Assembly: GCF_000315625.1 (NCBI RefSeq) | Contig: NW_005434515.1 | Span: forward strand, 1 to 33,348 | Source of the DNA: Guillardia theta CCMP2712 | Taxonomy: Eukaryota > Protista > Cryptophyta | DNA length: 33,348 nt | Reading direction: 5' to 3' | Part shown: positions 23,663-33,348 of the stretch, in pieces | Numbering within the stretch: the stretch's first letter is position 1 | Layout of the letters: each line of letters opens with the position of its first letter | Notes under the pieces: generated by a model | What the model saw: the letters and a program-made list of their open reading frames with translations, nothing else | What the model was told of the DNA's origin: nothing | The model's database searches: none | Translations under genes and position numbers: made by a program

Positions 23663-26600
23663 ATGCCTGAAACAGATGATGCGGCGTCATCAGAAGTGAC
23701 GATGCTCGACATGGAAGAAGCTGATCGATACGCTCAAGAGTTGGTCGGTGAAGTCCTGGCTCAGAGCAGCGATGTGGGATGGAGCATGGAACATTCAGCG
23801 TTACAATCTGAGCAGCTGCGACAAGATCTGCGAGAGATTTGCCTCACAGACTTCCTGCAGGAAGAGATTTGCAGCACATTGCGAGATACATTTAGGAAGA
23901 TGCTCGATTCTCACATGAGCTCTCGTCGAGCGGATGAAGAGCAAGTTGCTGTGGACGCTCTTGACGCACAACCCGAAGCATCTGACTTGTACACGTTTGT
24001 ATTGGTGGACTCATGCGATCATGAACGAGCTGTGAGATGCAGGAAAGATGCCGAGTGGAGTGATTTCCTCAAGATGTGCAAGTTGGCAACGGGAATGGAG
24101 ATATCTCACATCAAATATGACGATGACTTCGGACCGAAACAACAGAGTGACATTGTTTGCGCTGGAGAAGAAGACTGGCAAGAATTGCTGCAGATGATGG
24201 AGGAGGATGCCGACGAAGTGAAGGGTATGCTCAGAGTTGTCGTCTACGAGATGTACAGATCTGAACTGACAAGCGTGAGACTTCGCAAGGAAGAGGAGAG
24301 GCTGTTGATGTCGATCCGAGCTACATGGGCGTATCCTACCCGGCAAGAAGTGAAGGCAGTCTCTCACATTCAGCGATGGTTGCAGTCTCATCCTGTCAGA
24401 AGCAGCTACACGTCTTGGTTGACTGCAGCCAGAAGCTCTGCACACACGCTCACGAGCTGCATCAAGGCTAGAAGCTTGTGCTTGCACTTCCGACATCGAC
24501 GCCATGCCGCATCGCTTGTGATCGCACGCTCCTACAAGACACATCGAGCGAGGTTGGCGCTCATCGGCAGCAGGATGATCGCCGAGACAGTCGTAGCCTG
24601 GTGCACGAGCATCGCCGAGGAGCAGAACGCGTATCGTCGAGATTGGATCATCTCACAAGCCGTTCCTGCAGCTCAACAACTTGAGGCTGCGATCAGGCGG
24701 CAAGCGGCGCCGACTGTGATAGAAGTGAGAGAGAGAGAGAAGGAGAGAGAGAAGGCAAGTGCTGCTCTCCAAGCGCTCCTTCGATGTCACCTGCTGCTTC
24801 GAGCCAAGCTTGCAAAAGACATGTCCTCTCGCATCGCTCATGACATGCTCGCAGACAAGTGCATGAAAGGAGCCCTGCATGTGCTGGTCTACGAAAACAG
24901 CGTCAAGCTGCTGCAAAGTGCCTGTCGTCGACACAAGGTTCAAAAAACCTTGGCGGGCAAGGTCACGTCCTTGTCAGCCGACATCGCCGTCGAGTTTGCT
25001 TTCCAGCAAGTGATGGACATGTTGATCCATGCCGACCAGACCTATGAAGCTAGCTTGCGAAGTAGCGCCTCGCAGATCCTCAGTGACGCCATCAAGAGGC
25101 TCTCTGTGTGGGCCAGACGTCGAGAAATGCTGAGAGCTCAGTGGCAGCTGAAGCGATGGTTCTCAACTTTGAACCTCGCGAAGAGATACCGTGAGCTTGT
25201 TGAAGCTGCTGCTAGCTTGCAGAGAGTGATTCGAAGTCGATCTCGGCATCGCGAGTTCTTCTCCTTCTGCCATCAGGCCTCCAAGGTATCTCCCTGCTCG
25301 CGTGATCTCAAGGAATACCTTAACTTGTTCTCGACAGATTCAGCGCATGTTCCGCAGGCAGCGTCTGGTGTTGCTGACCTTCAAGTCGCGTGACGTCATC
25401 GGCCGACTGATGGCGGTGCTTCGCTCCTCCCTTCATCGTCGCTTCTACTCCCACGTGCTCCTCATCGGCAAGGACCTGACGCATGGCGGCAACCTGCTCG
25501 CTCATGCCCGCAGGTCACGTGACCTGGTGGCTCTCATGCTGCCCGAGGCAACTGACGTCGAGAGCTTGACAAGCATGCAGCCCCTGCGCCCTCAGTTTAT
25601 CTTTGACAGCTCGACCTTCATTCTCCAGCTGCTGCTGGCCGAACGAGGCGTCGTCATGTCTTCCTCCAGTCTGTTTGACCCGCGCAGAGAGGAGGAGGAG
25701 GAGAAGCATCGCAGGTTCGTGAGGGCATGGCTGGTCAGCAACCAAGAGGCTGTCGTGTCTCACGGTAACTCAGTGCTGATCCTGCACTTGTTCCTCTCGC
25801 AGGTCCTCAACCCCTCGTGGTCGAGGGTCCAAGGGCTCGCAGTAGTCGTGGCCTATCATCTCCAGCAGCTCGCCATGCTCATGTACACCTTTTCTCACGT
25901 CGCCCTCGGCTGTACCCGGCAAGATGAGATCCGAACCCACGACTACCGCGCGACGGCACTTCATCTGCATAGCACGGACTCTTACTTTCCGTGTCAGTTC
26001 TCGCCCTCCATCGACGACTTGGCTCACACCATCTTCCAGCAGTGGTTGGCGAGTCTCAGCAGCGAGTACCTGCGTCACGTGGTCGCTGTCAAAGACGATT
26101 TGACAGCCTACGCCGAGCTGGAGACCGACCTCCTGCTGCAGCTGCTGCTCTGTGCGAAGAACCATCCCAGCTTGAGCCCCGTGCTGTCTCATCTCGCTTT
26201 CACAGACAGGCTCTCAGACGTGAGGTCGCCCTCGCGATTCCTCGAGTTTCATACTATTGTCAAGGAGGCTACCGGCGACCTCAAGGGCCTTGCTCTCCCC
26301 TACCTGAACCGGATCTACTCCATCGGCTTGCTGGGCGCTCGAAGCATCAGAAGGCGACGAGGGCACGTGAGCTTGTGGTCGGCCATGGCAGCGGAGGTGA
26401 TGCTGACCCGCTGCGTGATGAACGACCTGGAGGCTGCGAGGAGCACGGGGAGCCTGCTGAAACCTCTCTTCTTCCTCAGGACTCTCTCCTCCTTTCCTGG
26501 TCGCCCAGTGATGTTCCTGAGCATGCACGTCGATACAACCCTCTTGCAGATCCTGCACGATGACGTCAGCAGCCCGACGCGAGCTGGGGTCTTGTCGACC

Positions 26601-29018
26601 ATCGCAGTGCTCTCGAGCGACAGCTTTTTCTGTGCATCGGCCTCCATGTCCCTCATCGATCGTCTTGCTGACCTTGCGAGCGTCGTGACAGATGACAACC
26701 AACGCGACTCAGTGCTGCTGAGCTTGTTCAACGCGGGAGCAAGACGAAGAGAGGTTTTGCAGCAGCTCCTTCACCGTCGAGGGTTTGTCGACACCGTCAT
26801 CAGCCTCCTCGAAGGAGGCGAGCGAGTCTTGTGGCCCCTCACAGCAAAGCTCGTGACGCTCCTGGCGCGAGAGAGCGACGGCGGCTTGTCTCCCTCTCAG
26901 ACCCAGCAGATCCTCACCTGCCTCTCCGCCAAGCTCGTGCACTCAGACGATCTGACAAGCGACGCGGTCACGGCGGCGCGAGTTGTCTGCAAGAGCCCAG
27001 CAGCACTGCAGCAGCTGAGGGCTGACTCTCAGGTCATGTCTTACGTCTTGAACATGCTGCAAGGCCCGCGAGAAGACCTGTTCTATGCTTGCGCGAAGCT
27101 GCTTCGTCTGATGCTTCTCGATGAGAGGACCTGTACGACTACCTTGCAGCAGACGTCGTTTCTGAACCTGCTCTACCAGAGGAGCACCAGGAGAGATGTC
27201 AAGATGAGAAGAGCAGTGCTTAAGCTGCTGAGATCGATTGCTCTTGCCTTTGAGACGAGCTTAGCGTCTCTTTCAAGCGGCGAGCAAACAGACGTGTCGG
27301 TGGACAACCTGATGCAAGTGAAGCACTTCACCTCCAACAGCATGTGGCTCGAGAGCGTCTTCAACATCGTCCAAGATGACGTCACCAACAGACTGCTGGC
27401 CTTGTCGTTTCTCAAGACCCTCATGCAGCTCAGCCCGGAGTCAAGCTTGTTCCTCCTTGACCTCCAGCACAAGCTGCCCGCCTTGATCGCGAGCTTGTCC
27501 GACTCAGACGTCAACACTTGTCAAGTCGCCGCATGGTGCGTCTACTACATGACCAAGGAGACGGTCGTTGCTGAGCTGCTCCTCGCTCGCGGACTCTACA
27601 CGCGCCTCAAGGTCCTCCTGTACTCGGCCAGCCCTCCCTCCCTCCGTGTTGCCGTCCTCCACTGCCTCAGGCCCCTCGTGGTGGGCGTTGGGAGACGCTG
27701 CGACCCCGACGAGGAGCTGGTGACCTTCCTGGCGGGTCTGCTGGGGATCAACGACGAGGAGCTGAGAAGGGTGACTGCGGAGCTGCTGTCGGAGATGATC
27801 GTCCAGGACTACATCGAGCTGCAGGTGTCGCTAGATCGGGGCAAGTGTCTGCCTCAGAGTGACAACTGGGGCCTCTGCGACCCCTTCCTCAAGCTCTCCA
27901 TCAACGGTCAGCAGCGCGTGTCTCCTGTCGTCCGCAACAGCCTCCATCCGGTCTGGAACTTCTCGTCGACGTTTCGCATCAGCGACAAGTCAGACGAGCT
28001 CTTGCTCGAGCTCTTCGACTGGGACATGGTGGGGGAAGAAAAGCTGGGCTGCCTGCGCTTGTCGTGCGAGACGCTCGAGCTGCACGGGACGGAGGAGGGA
28101 AGAGTGAAGCTGACGAGGATGACGCAACAGCAGCTGCAGAGGCTCGAGAAGGAGCTGCAGGCCTTGCAAGCAGGGCTGATCTCGCCGTCAGTATCCCATG
28201 AAACCTCTGACATGACAGGAGGGACGAAGCGATCTCCGCAGGAGCGAGCGAGAGAACAGAGAAATGGGAGGACAAGCAGACAAGAGCTGGGGAAGAGGAG
28301 CGGCGAAGGCCTGACCCCCCAAGCGATCAGCGTCAAGGACGAAGAGAGCGACGTGAACTCGGTGAGACGAGCAGCGTTGGGGAGGAAGCGAACGCTGCAG
28401 GACGAGGCGAGGAGGCTGGTGGAGCTGGAGCAGGGCTGGTTTGAGCTAGAGGACGAGGAGGGGGCTCGGCTGGAGGGGTTCGAGGGGGAGGTGCTCGGGT
28501 TTGACGACAAGGGCGTCATCCAAGGGAAACTTCGCAGAGCCGCAACGCGCTTGAGGCTGAACATGCAGTATGAGGTGCTCGTGAACGTCGACCGCACGCT
28601 CTTTCGAACTCCTCGCTTCCTCCCCCGCGTGCTGACCCTCCTGCGTCATGCCAGCGACTCGAAGCTCGCGACCTGCCTGCTCAAAGTGCTGCGAGCGATG
28701 ACGGAAGACGTTCCCGAGTCGGTGGAGGAGATGATAAAGCACGCGGGGATGTTGGACCTGCTGCAGGAAGGGCTGGAACAAGGAGGAGGAGGAGACATGC
28801 GTGTGCTAGAGGTGATGCGACTACTCAATCGCTTCTGCGAGGATGAAGCCTTCTCGCTAAAAGTCTGTGCTCGCGCAATGCTGATGGAGATGCTGGAGGA
28901 ACAGCACAAGAGCAGCTGGGAAGAGGTTGCGAGCCTGAGCAAGGCGGTCATGAAGAAGATCCAGAAGCATATGCAAGAGCATCACCGGAAGCAGAGGGGG
29001 AAGAAGATGACAAACTAG
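23663..29018 (+). CDS. About 1767-aa protein: PB1-like domain, degenerate IQ motifs, ARM/HEAT-like repeats, C2 domain
   Basis: Exons 23663-25285 and 25338-29018 are joined by a 52-nt GT-AG intron, giving ASK|IQRMFRRQR. PB1-like IKYDDD...DIVCAGEEDWQELL (~23990-24247). IQ-like motifs HIQRWLQSH, ALQALLRCH, LLQSACRRH, SLQRVIRSR and KIQRMFRRQ. C2 domain LPQSDNWGLCDPFLKL...NSLHPVWN...LELFDWDMVGEEKLG (~27810-28080). Leu-rich helical repeats on both sides of the C2. Confidence 0.85.
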
Positions 29019-29139
29019 TAATGAAAGAAAAAGAAGATGACAAACTAGTAATGAAAGAAAAAGAAGATGACAAACTAGTAATGAAAGAAAAAGAAGATGA
29101 AAAACTAGTAATGAAAGAGAAAGAAGATGACAAACTAGT
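29001..29139 (+). repeat. 30-bp tandem repeat (AAGAAGATGACAAACTAGTAATGAAAGAAA) x ~4.6 overlapping the stop codon
   Basis: Three identical units, a fourth with two substitutions and a partial fifth. No spacers. Confidence 0.95.
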
Positions 29140-29145
29140 TTAGTC

Positions 29146-29306
29146 TCAGGCAGAATTTATTCTGTGCAGGACGGGACACCATGTGACAACAGATGGGAGA
29201 GAAGTGATTGCTCGAAGCTTGCTCGCCGCCGCTGGTCTTGACTCCGACAGCTCCTCTATGAGCTTTCCAGAACGCTGCACGGGAGATATGAGCAAGAGAA
29301 CGCGGG

Positions 29307-29376
<70 letters not shown>

Positions 29377-29596
29377 AGAGAAGTAAGGAGAAAGGTTCAC
29401 CGATGTCTCGCTGTCGGCTCCTTTTCCTCCGGCCAAGTTGTCGAGCAGGAGCATGGATCGCGGGTTGGAAGGAACTTCAAGGAGGTTGCTCTTCCCTTGT
29501 TCCTCGCTCTCCTCGCTCTCCTCGCTCTCCTCGTCCTAGTGCCAGCAGCATGTCAGTGCGCGCAGACACGATTAAATGACAAGGTTTGATCGTAAC

Positions 29597-29639
<43 letters not shown>

Positions 29640-30355
29640 GACGAGGACGTGGAGGCCATGAATTCTGCAGCATGTCACAAGTGCTGGCGGTGGCTAGGGG
29701 AGGACCGGGTGCTGCTGAACTCTCGCGGATGTCCGAGGAGGAGGCGGCTGCTCCGCAATCCATGGAAGCCTTCGCTTCCTGAGCATACAGCATGGGATCG
29801 AAGGAGGAAGAAGGGAGTGTCAGGGGCGGAAGAGAGTAGACGAGAGGAGGTAGTGAGTGAGAGACAAGGGGAGGAGGGCACGAGCGTATGGATGGAGGAC
29901 GGGAGGGAAGGGGTGAAGCAAGAGGAGGCCTATCACCTGTTCAAGAAGAGGCAGGTTCCATCCGCATTCAGACTTGGAGAGCGAGGAGATGGCGTTGGAC
30001 AGATGTTCAGCCAAGATCTATCAAAGAGTCAGGAGAGGAGAGGCAAGGTTCAAGTCACTCGCCCTAGTCTTAGTTGCAAACTCCTTGTCAGAAAGTGACT
30101 GTAGCCACACGAGATAATCGTCTGTTCAGCTCATCAGGGATCGCTCGTCCTGCCCCTCTCCCTTGCCGATGTAGAGGATGTTGAGCAGATATCGCTCTCC
30201 CTTGTTCAGTACATCCCTCACCCTTATCAACGACCTGCTGACGCCTTGAGAGCTGCTCCCCTCCTCCTTCCCTCCTGCACCTGATGATGGAGTGCCTCCC
30301 CTTGCTGATGATCGCCAGCACGTCCTCCAAGACTTTCTTCGCGAGCTCCCAGTGT
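29146..30355 (-). CDS. SHQ1: SHQ1-like H/ACA RNP assembly factor, 3' exons only; 5' part lost at the assembly gap
   Basis: Spliced peptide RHWELAKKVLEDVLAIISKGRHSIIR|SLIRVRDVLNKGERYLLNILYI|DDYLVWLQSLSDKEFATKTR|ILAEHLSNAISSLSKSECGWNLPLLEQ|EA fits my recollection of the SHQ1 C-terminal signature (RH..L...D...I...G....YILN.LYI.DY..W.Q), followed by an acidic Ser-rich tail. Introns include 30235-30280, 30122-30166 (GC-AG) and 30018-30062 (GC-AG). Not visible as a single ORF in the supplied track. Confidence 0.8.
29307..29376. repeat. (GGAGCA)n microsatellite in the last SHQ1 intron
   Basis: Perfect hexamer run; the reverse complement of the CTCCTG unit at 10719. Confidence 0.95.
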
Positions 30356-30487
30356 CTGAAGGACGTTCAATATAGGAGCAGAGCGAGAAGACATGGCGAC
30401 ATGTGAGTTACGAAGAGAGAGGAGGAGAGGGAAGGGGAAGGACTAGGAGGAGGAGGAGGAGGAGGAGGAGGAGGTGGTGGTGGTGGT

Positions 30488-30821
30488 NNNNNNNNNNNNN
30501 NNNNNNNNNNNNNNNNNNNNNNNNNNNNNNNNNNNNNNNNNNNNNNNNNNNNNNNNNNNNNNNNNNNNNNNNNNNNNNNNNNNNNNNNNNNNNNNNNNNN
30601 NNNNNNNNNNNNNNNNNNNNNNNNNNNNNNNNNNNNNNNNNNNNNNNNNNNNNNNNNNNNNNNNNNNNNNNNNNNNNNNNNNNNNNNNNNNNNNNNNNNN
30701 NNNNNNNNNNNNNNNNNNNNNNNNNNNNNNNNNNNNNNNNNNNNNNNNNNNNNNNNNNNNNNNNNNNNNNNNNNNNNNNNNNNNNNNNNNNNNNNNNNNN
30801 NNNNNNNNNNNNNNNNNNNNN
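30488..30821. other. Assembly gap (334 N), flanked by (GAG)n/(GGT)n and (CTCCTGCT)n repeats
   Basis: Run of N. Confidence 1.
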
Positions 30822-30994
30822 TGCTCTCCTGCTCTCCTGCTCTCCTGCTCTCCTGCTCTCCTGCTCTCCTGCTCTCCTGCTCTCCTGCTCTCCTGCTCTC
30901 CTCCCCTTCCGCCCCCATAAGCCATTGCATTCCAACATTGCGCCCGCTCATACTGCACCTCGTCCCCGCACAGGCCCGTCTGCTCTCAGCCGCA

Positions 30995-33348
30995 ATGGCA
31001 GGAGAGCTTCACGATGGTACCGGAGGAAGGAAGCGAAGAGAAGAGCGAGGAGAGGAGAGGGGGAGGAAGAGGAGGAAGGAGGATTCAGACAGCAAGGAGA
31101 AGAAGAAGGTGAAGGCGACTAAGGAGAAAGTCAAAGGTCAAGCGCCGACGCATGGAGTACAACCTCGAGGTACAGAGAGGATCAAGCCAGGAGGAGAGCA
31201 GGCAGGCGAATGCTCGGAAACCGCTAAGAAGAGAGGAAGAGAAGGCATCGGATTAGAGCTGGACAAGACTCGAAGCGGCACGTTCATGGTGAAGAGAGTG
31301 GAGGAGTGGGCGAGGCAGCTGCTCCGAAGAGTCAAGCAGGAGGGGAAGGTAGAGAGACTGTGCGAGGTCAGGGAAGGCGTTCTCGTTCTCTCTGTCGGGG
31401 ATGTTCCCTGCAAGGGCTGCTCGCTGGAGGAGGTGAAGGCGCTGGTGCAGCGACAGCTGAAGGAGGACGGGAGAGTCAAGCTGACTTTCTCTCCTCCATC
31501 TCCTTCATCACACGAGTCGAAACATTTCTCCTTCTGGCTCGCTCCTCATTCGATCCCCACGCCTTCCATGCCTCACCTCCCGCCATTTTCTCGCCATTCA
31601 GGCAGCAAGAGGTCACTGACTCCTCCTCCTCCCTGCCTCCTCCTCCCCTCCTCCTCTCCGCCTCCTCCTCGTGCCCTCCTCGCCCGAGGAACTCTTTGTA
31701 TTGTGTGATCTTCTTCTTCAGAGTCTTGGTGGTCGGTGCCGGAGTTGCGGGACTTGCGGCGGCTCGAAAACTTCGCATGGCAGGCGTGGAGGTGGGAGGA
31801 GAGAGAGAGAGGAGAGAGGAGACTGAGAGGAGCAGGTGGAGGTGCTTGAGGCGCGGGAGAGAACGGGAGGGCGAGTTTTCACGTCAGCCATGACGAGAGC
31901 GGAAGATCTTTCACCCGGTGAGAGCAGAAGAGAGAGGAAGAAGGAGAACGAGCGAGAAGAACTACTGAGAAGAGACTGACTTCCAAGGGAAGGGGGGAGG
32001 AGAAGATTGAGGGAGGGAGAGAGGGAGACGGAGCGAGAGGGAGGGAGAGAGGAAGAACTGAAGAGGAGGGAGGGAGAGAGAAGAACTGAGGAGGAGGGAG
32101 GGTAAGGGGTTGCTAACAGTTTCATGACAGTCTTTGTTGACCTCGGTGCCTCTTTCATTCACGGTTGCGATGCTGTTTTGAACCCGGTCTACGCCATGGC
32201 AGAGCAACTAGATGTGAAGGTGTCAAGGCCGTTGCCTCCTCCCCCGCCCCTGCTCCCTTCCTCCCTTGCTCTCCCTCCTCCCACCTCCCACCTCCCTCAT
32301 TCTCCTCTCTCTCCTCTCCCTCCTCCCTCCTCCCTCCTCCCTCCTCCCTCCTCCCACCTCTCTCTCGCGCGCTCCCTCGTTCTGGGGTGTCTGGCTGCTG
32401 AGAGAGGAAGGGGCAGGTGGACAAGGCTGCGGGGGGATACAGCAAGGGGTGGGGGGAGACGGCGGCCTGGTACCGAAGAGGACGACGAATTCCGCAGCAC
32501 AGCATCAGGAAACCATTTGATATGCTGTGGAGAATGATAGAAGAGATGCGACAGGCAAGGAGGAGGAGGAGGAGGAGGAGGAGGGGGAGGGGCAGGGGAG
32601 AAGGGGGAGGGAGGGGGATGAGAGGAGGAACGAAAGGAGGTGAGGTGGGAGAATGGAAAAAAAGAGCGATACGGCAGGAGGGTTTGGTGAAGATGGCAGG
32701 AGGTGACAAGGGAGCTGGAGGGGAGGAGGGGAGGGAGGATGACAGAGCGAGCAGAAAGTGGAGCACGAGTTGTCAGGCATCAGAAACGTGCGATGCTGCG
32801 ACTGTGGGAAGTGGAGGACGTTACCCGCAGAGGAAGAGGAGAGGGTGAAGTCTTCCAACTCCTGGACTTGTCGTCAGGTATGGTCTTGCTCGTTTCATCG
32901 GCTCTCCTCTCTTCTCCCCTCCCCTCCCCCCCCTCCCTCCTCTCCTATTCTCTCCTCTCCTCTCCTCTCCTCTCCTCGAGCCACTTCCTCCATTCCGCTC
33001 TCTTTGGCTTGCTCGAGTCCTCTCGCTGACCTGTCACAAGGAATCCTGGAACGATCGGCTCGCGTGGAAGCGACAACCAGGTCAAGAGCGCCTTCCTTGT
33101 TCCTCTCTCATCACCCGCAGCCTCCCAGTCCTCCTCCTCCTGCTGGTCTCCCTGCGACGTCGACCAGCGGGACTGGCAGCCGATCTCCCCCTACTCGCGA
33201 GTTCTCTCCGCCGCCTTCCTCGAGCAGCTTCAGAGCATGAGGAGCGCAAGCAAGAAGCCGCGCAGCATGAACCTCAGCCCCATCGTAAGCTCTTCCTTCT
33301 CTCCCTCACCGCTCTCCTCCTCCTCCTCCCCCTCCCCCTCGTCAATTG
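30995..33348 (+). CDS. Flavin-containing amine oxidase (LSD/polyamine-oxidase family) with N-terminal PDZ-like domain and internal CW-like zinc finger; 3' partial
   Basis: FAD motif RVLVVGAGVAGLAAARKL...VE|VEVLEARERTGGRV and VDLGASFIHG...NPVY. PDZ-like GIGLEL...FMVKRV...VREGVLVLSVGDVPCKG.SLEEVKALV (~31243-31490). CW-like VRCCDCGKWRTLP...WTC (32787-32877). Introns 31612-31721, 31792-31835 and others are frame-consistent. Lys/Arg-rich N-terminus. The true start may lie upstream and the 3' extent is unresolved. Confidence 0.8.

Noticed and set aside
25286-25393. Apparent two-gene overlap or programmed frameshift
   Set aside because: Resolved by a 52-nt GT-AG intron that also completes an IQ-like motif.
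29001-29139. CRISPR-like 30-bp repeats
   Set aside because: No spacers, no cas genes, eukaryotic context.
30367-31122. ORFs spanning the N run
   Set aside because: Artefacts of translating the gap.

Overview
Gene-dense eukaryotic nuclear DNA, not prokaryotic. Short spliceosomal introns (about 40-250 nt) filled with purine/pyrimidine microsatellites and GC-rich coding sequence suggest a flagellated alga, plausibly a cryptophyte such as Guillardia theta (inference only). In order: (1) a multi-exon inner-arm axonemal dynein heavy chain of the DNAH1 type on the minus strand (about 13550 to beyond base 1), carrying a 91-aa EF-hand-containing segment just after the AAA2 P-loop; (2) a GC-rich intergenic element; (3) an intronless 563-aa orphan ORF (-); (4) a G-rich divergent intergenic region; (5) an intronless, N-terminally anchored PAPS sulfotransferase (+); (6) two minus-strand spliced genes of unknown function, one a coiled coil; (7) a roughly 1767-aa PB1/IQ/ARM/C2 protein (+) ending in a 30-bp tandem repeat; (8) the 3' part of a SHQ1-like gene (-) with two GC-AG introns, cut by a 334-N gap; (9) the 5' part of a PDZ plus FAD amine oxidase gene with an internal CW-like zinc finger (+). 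All exon models were derived by hand and no database searches were run. The best novelty candidate is the EF-hand inside the dynein motor ring.
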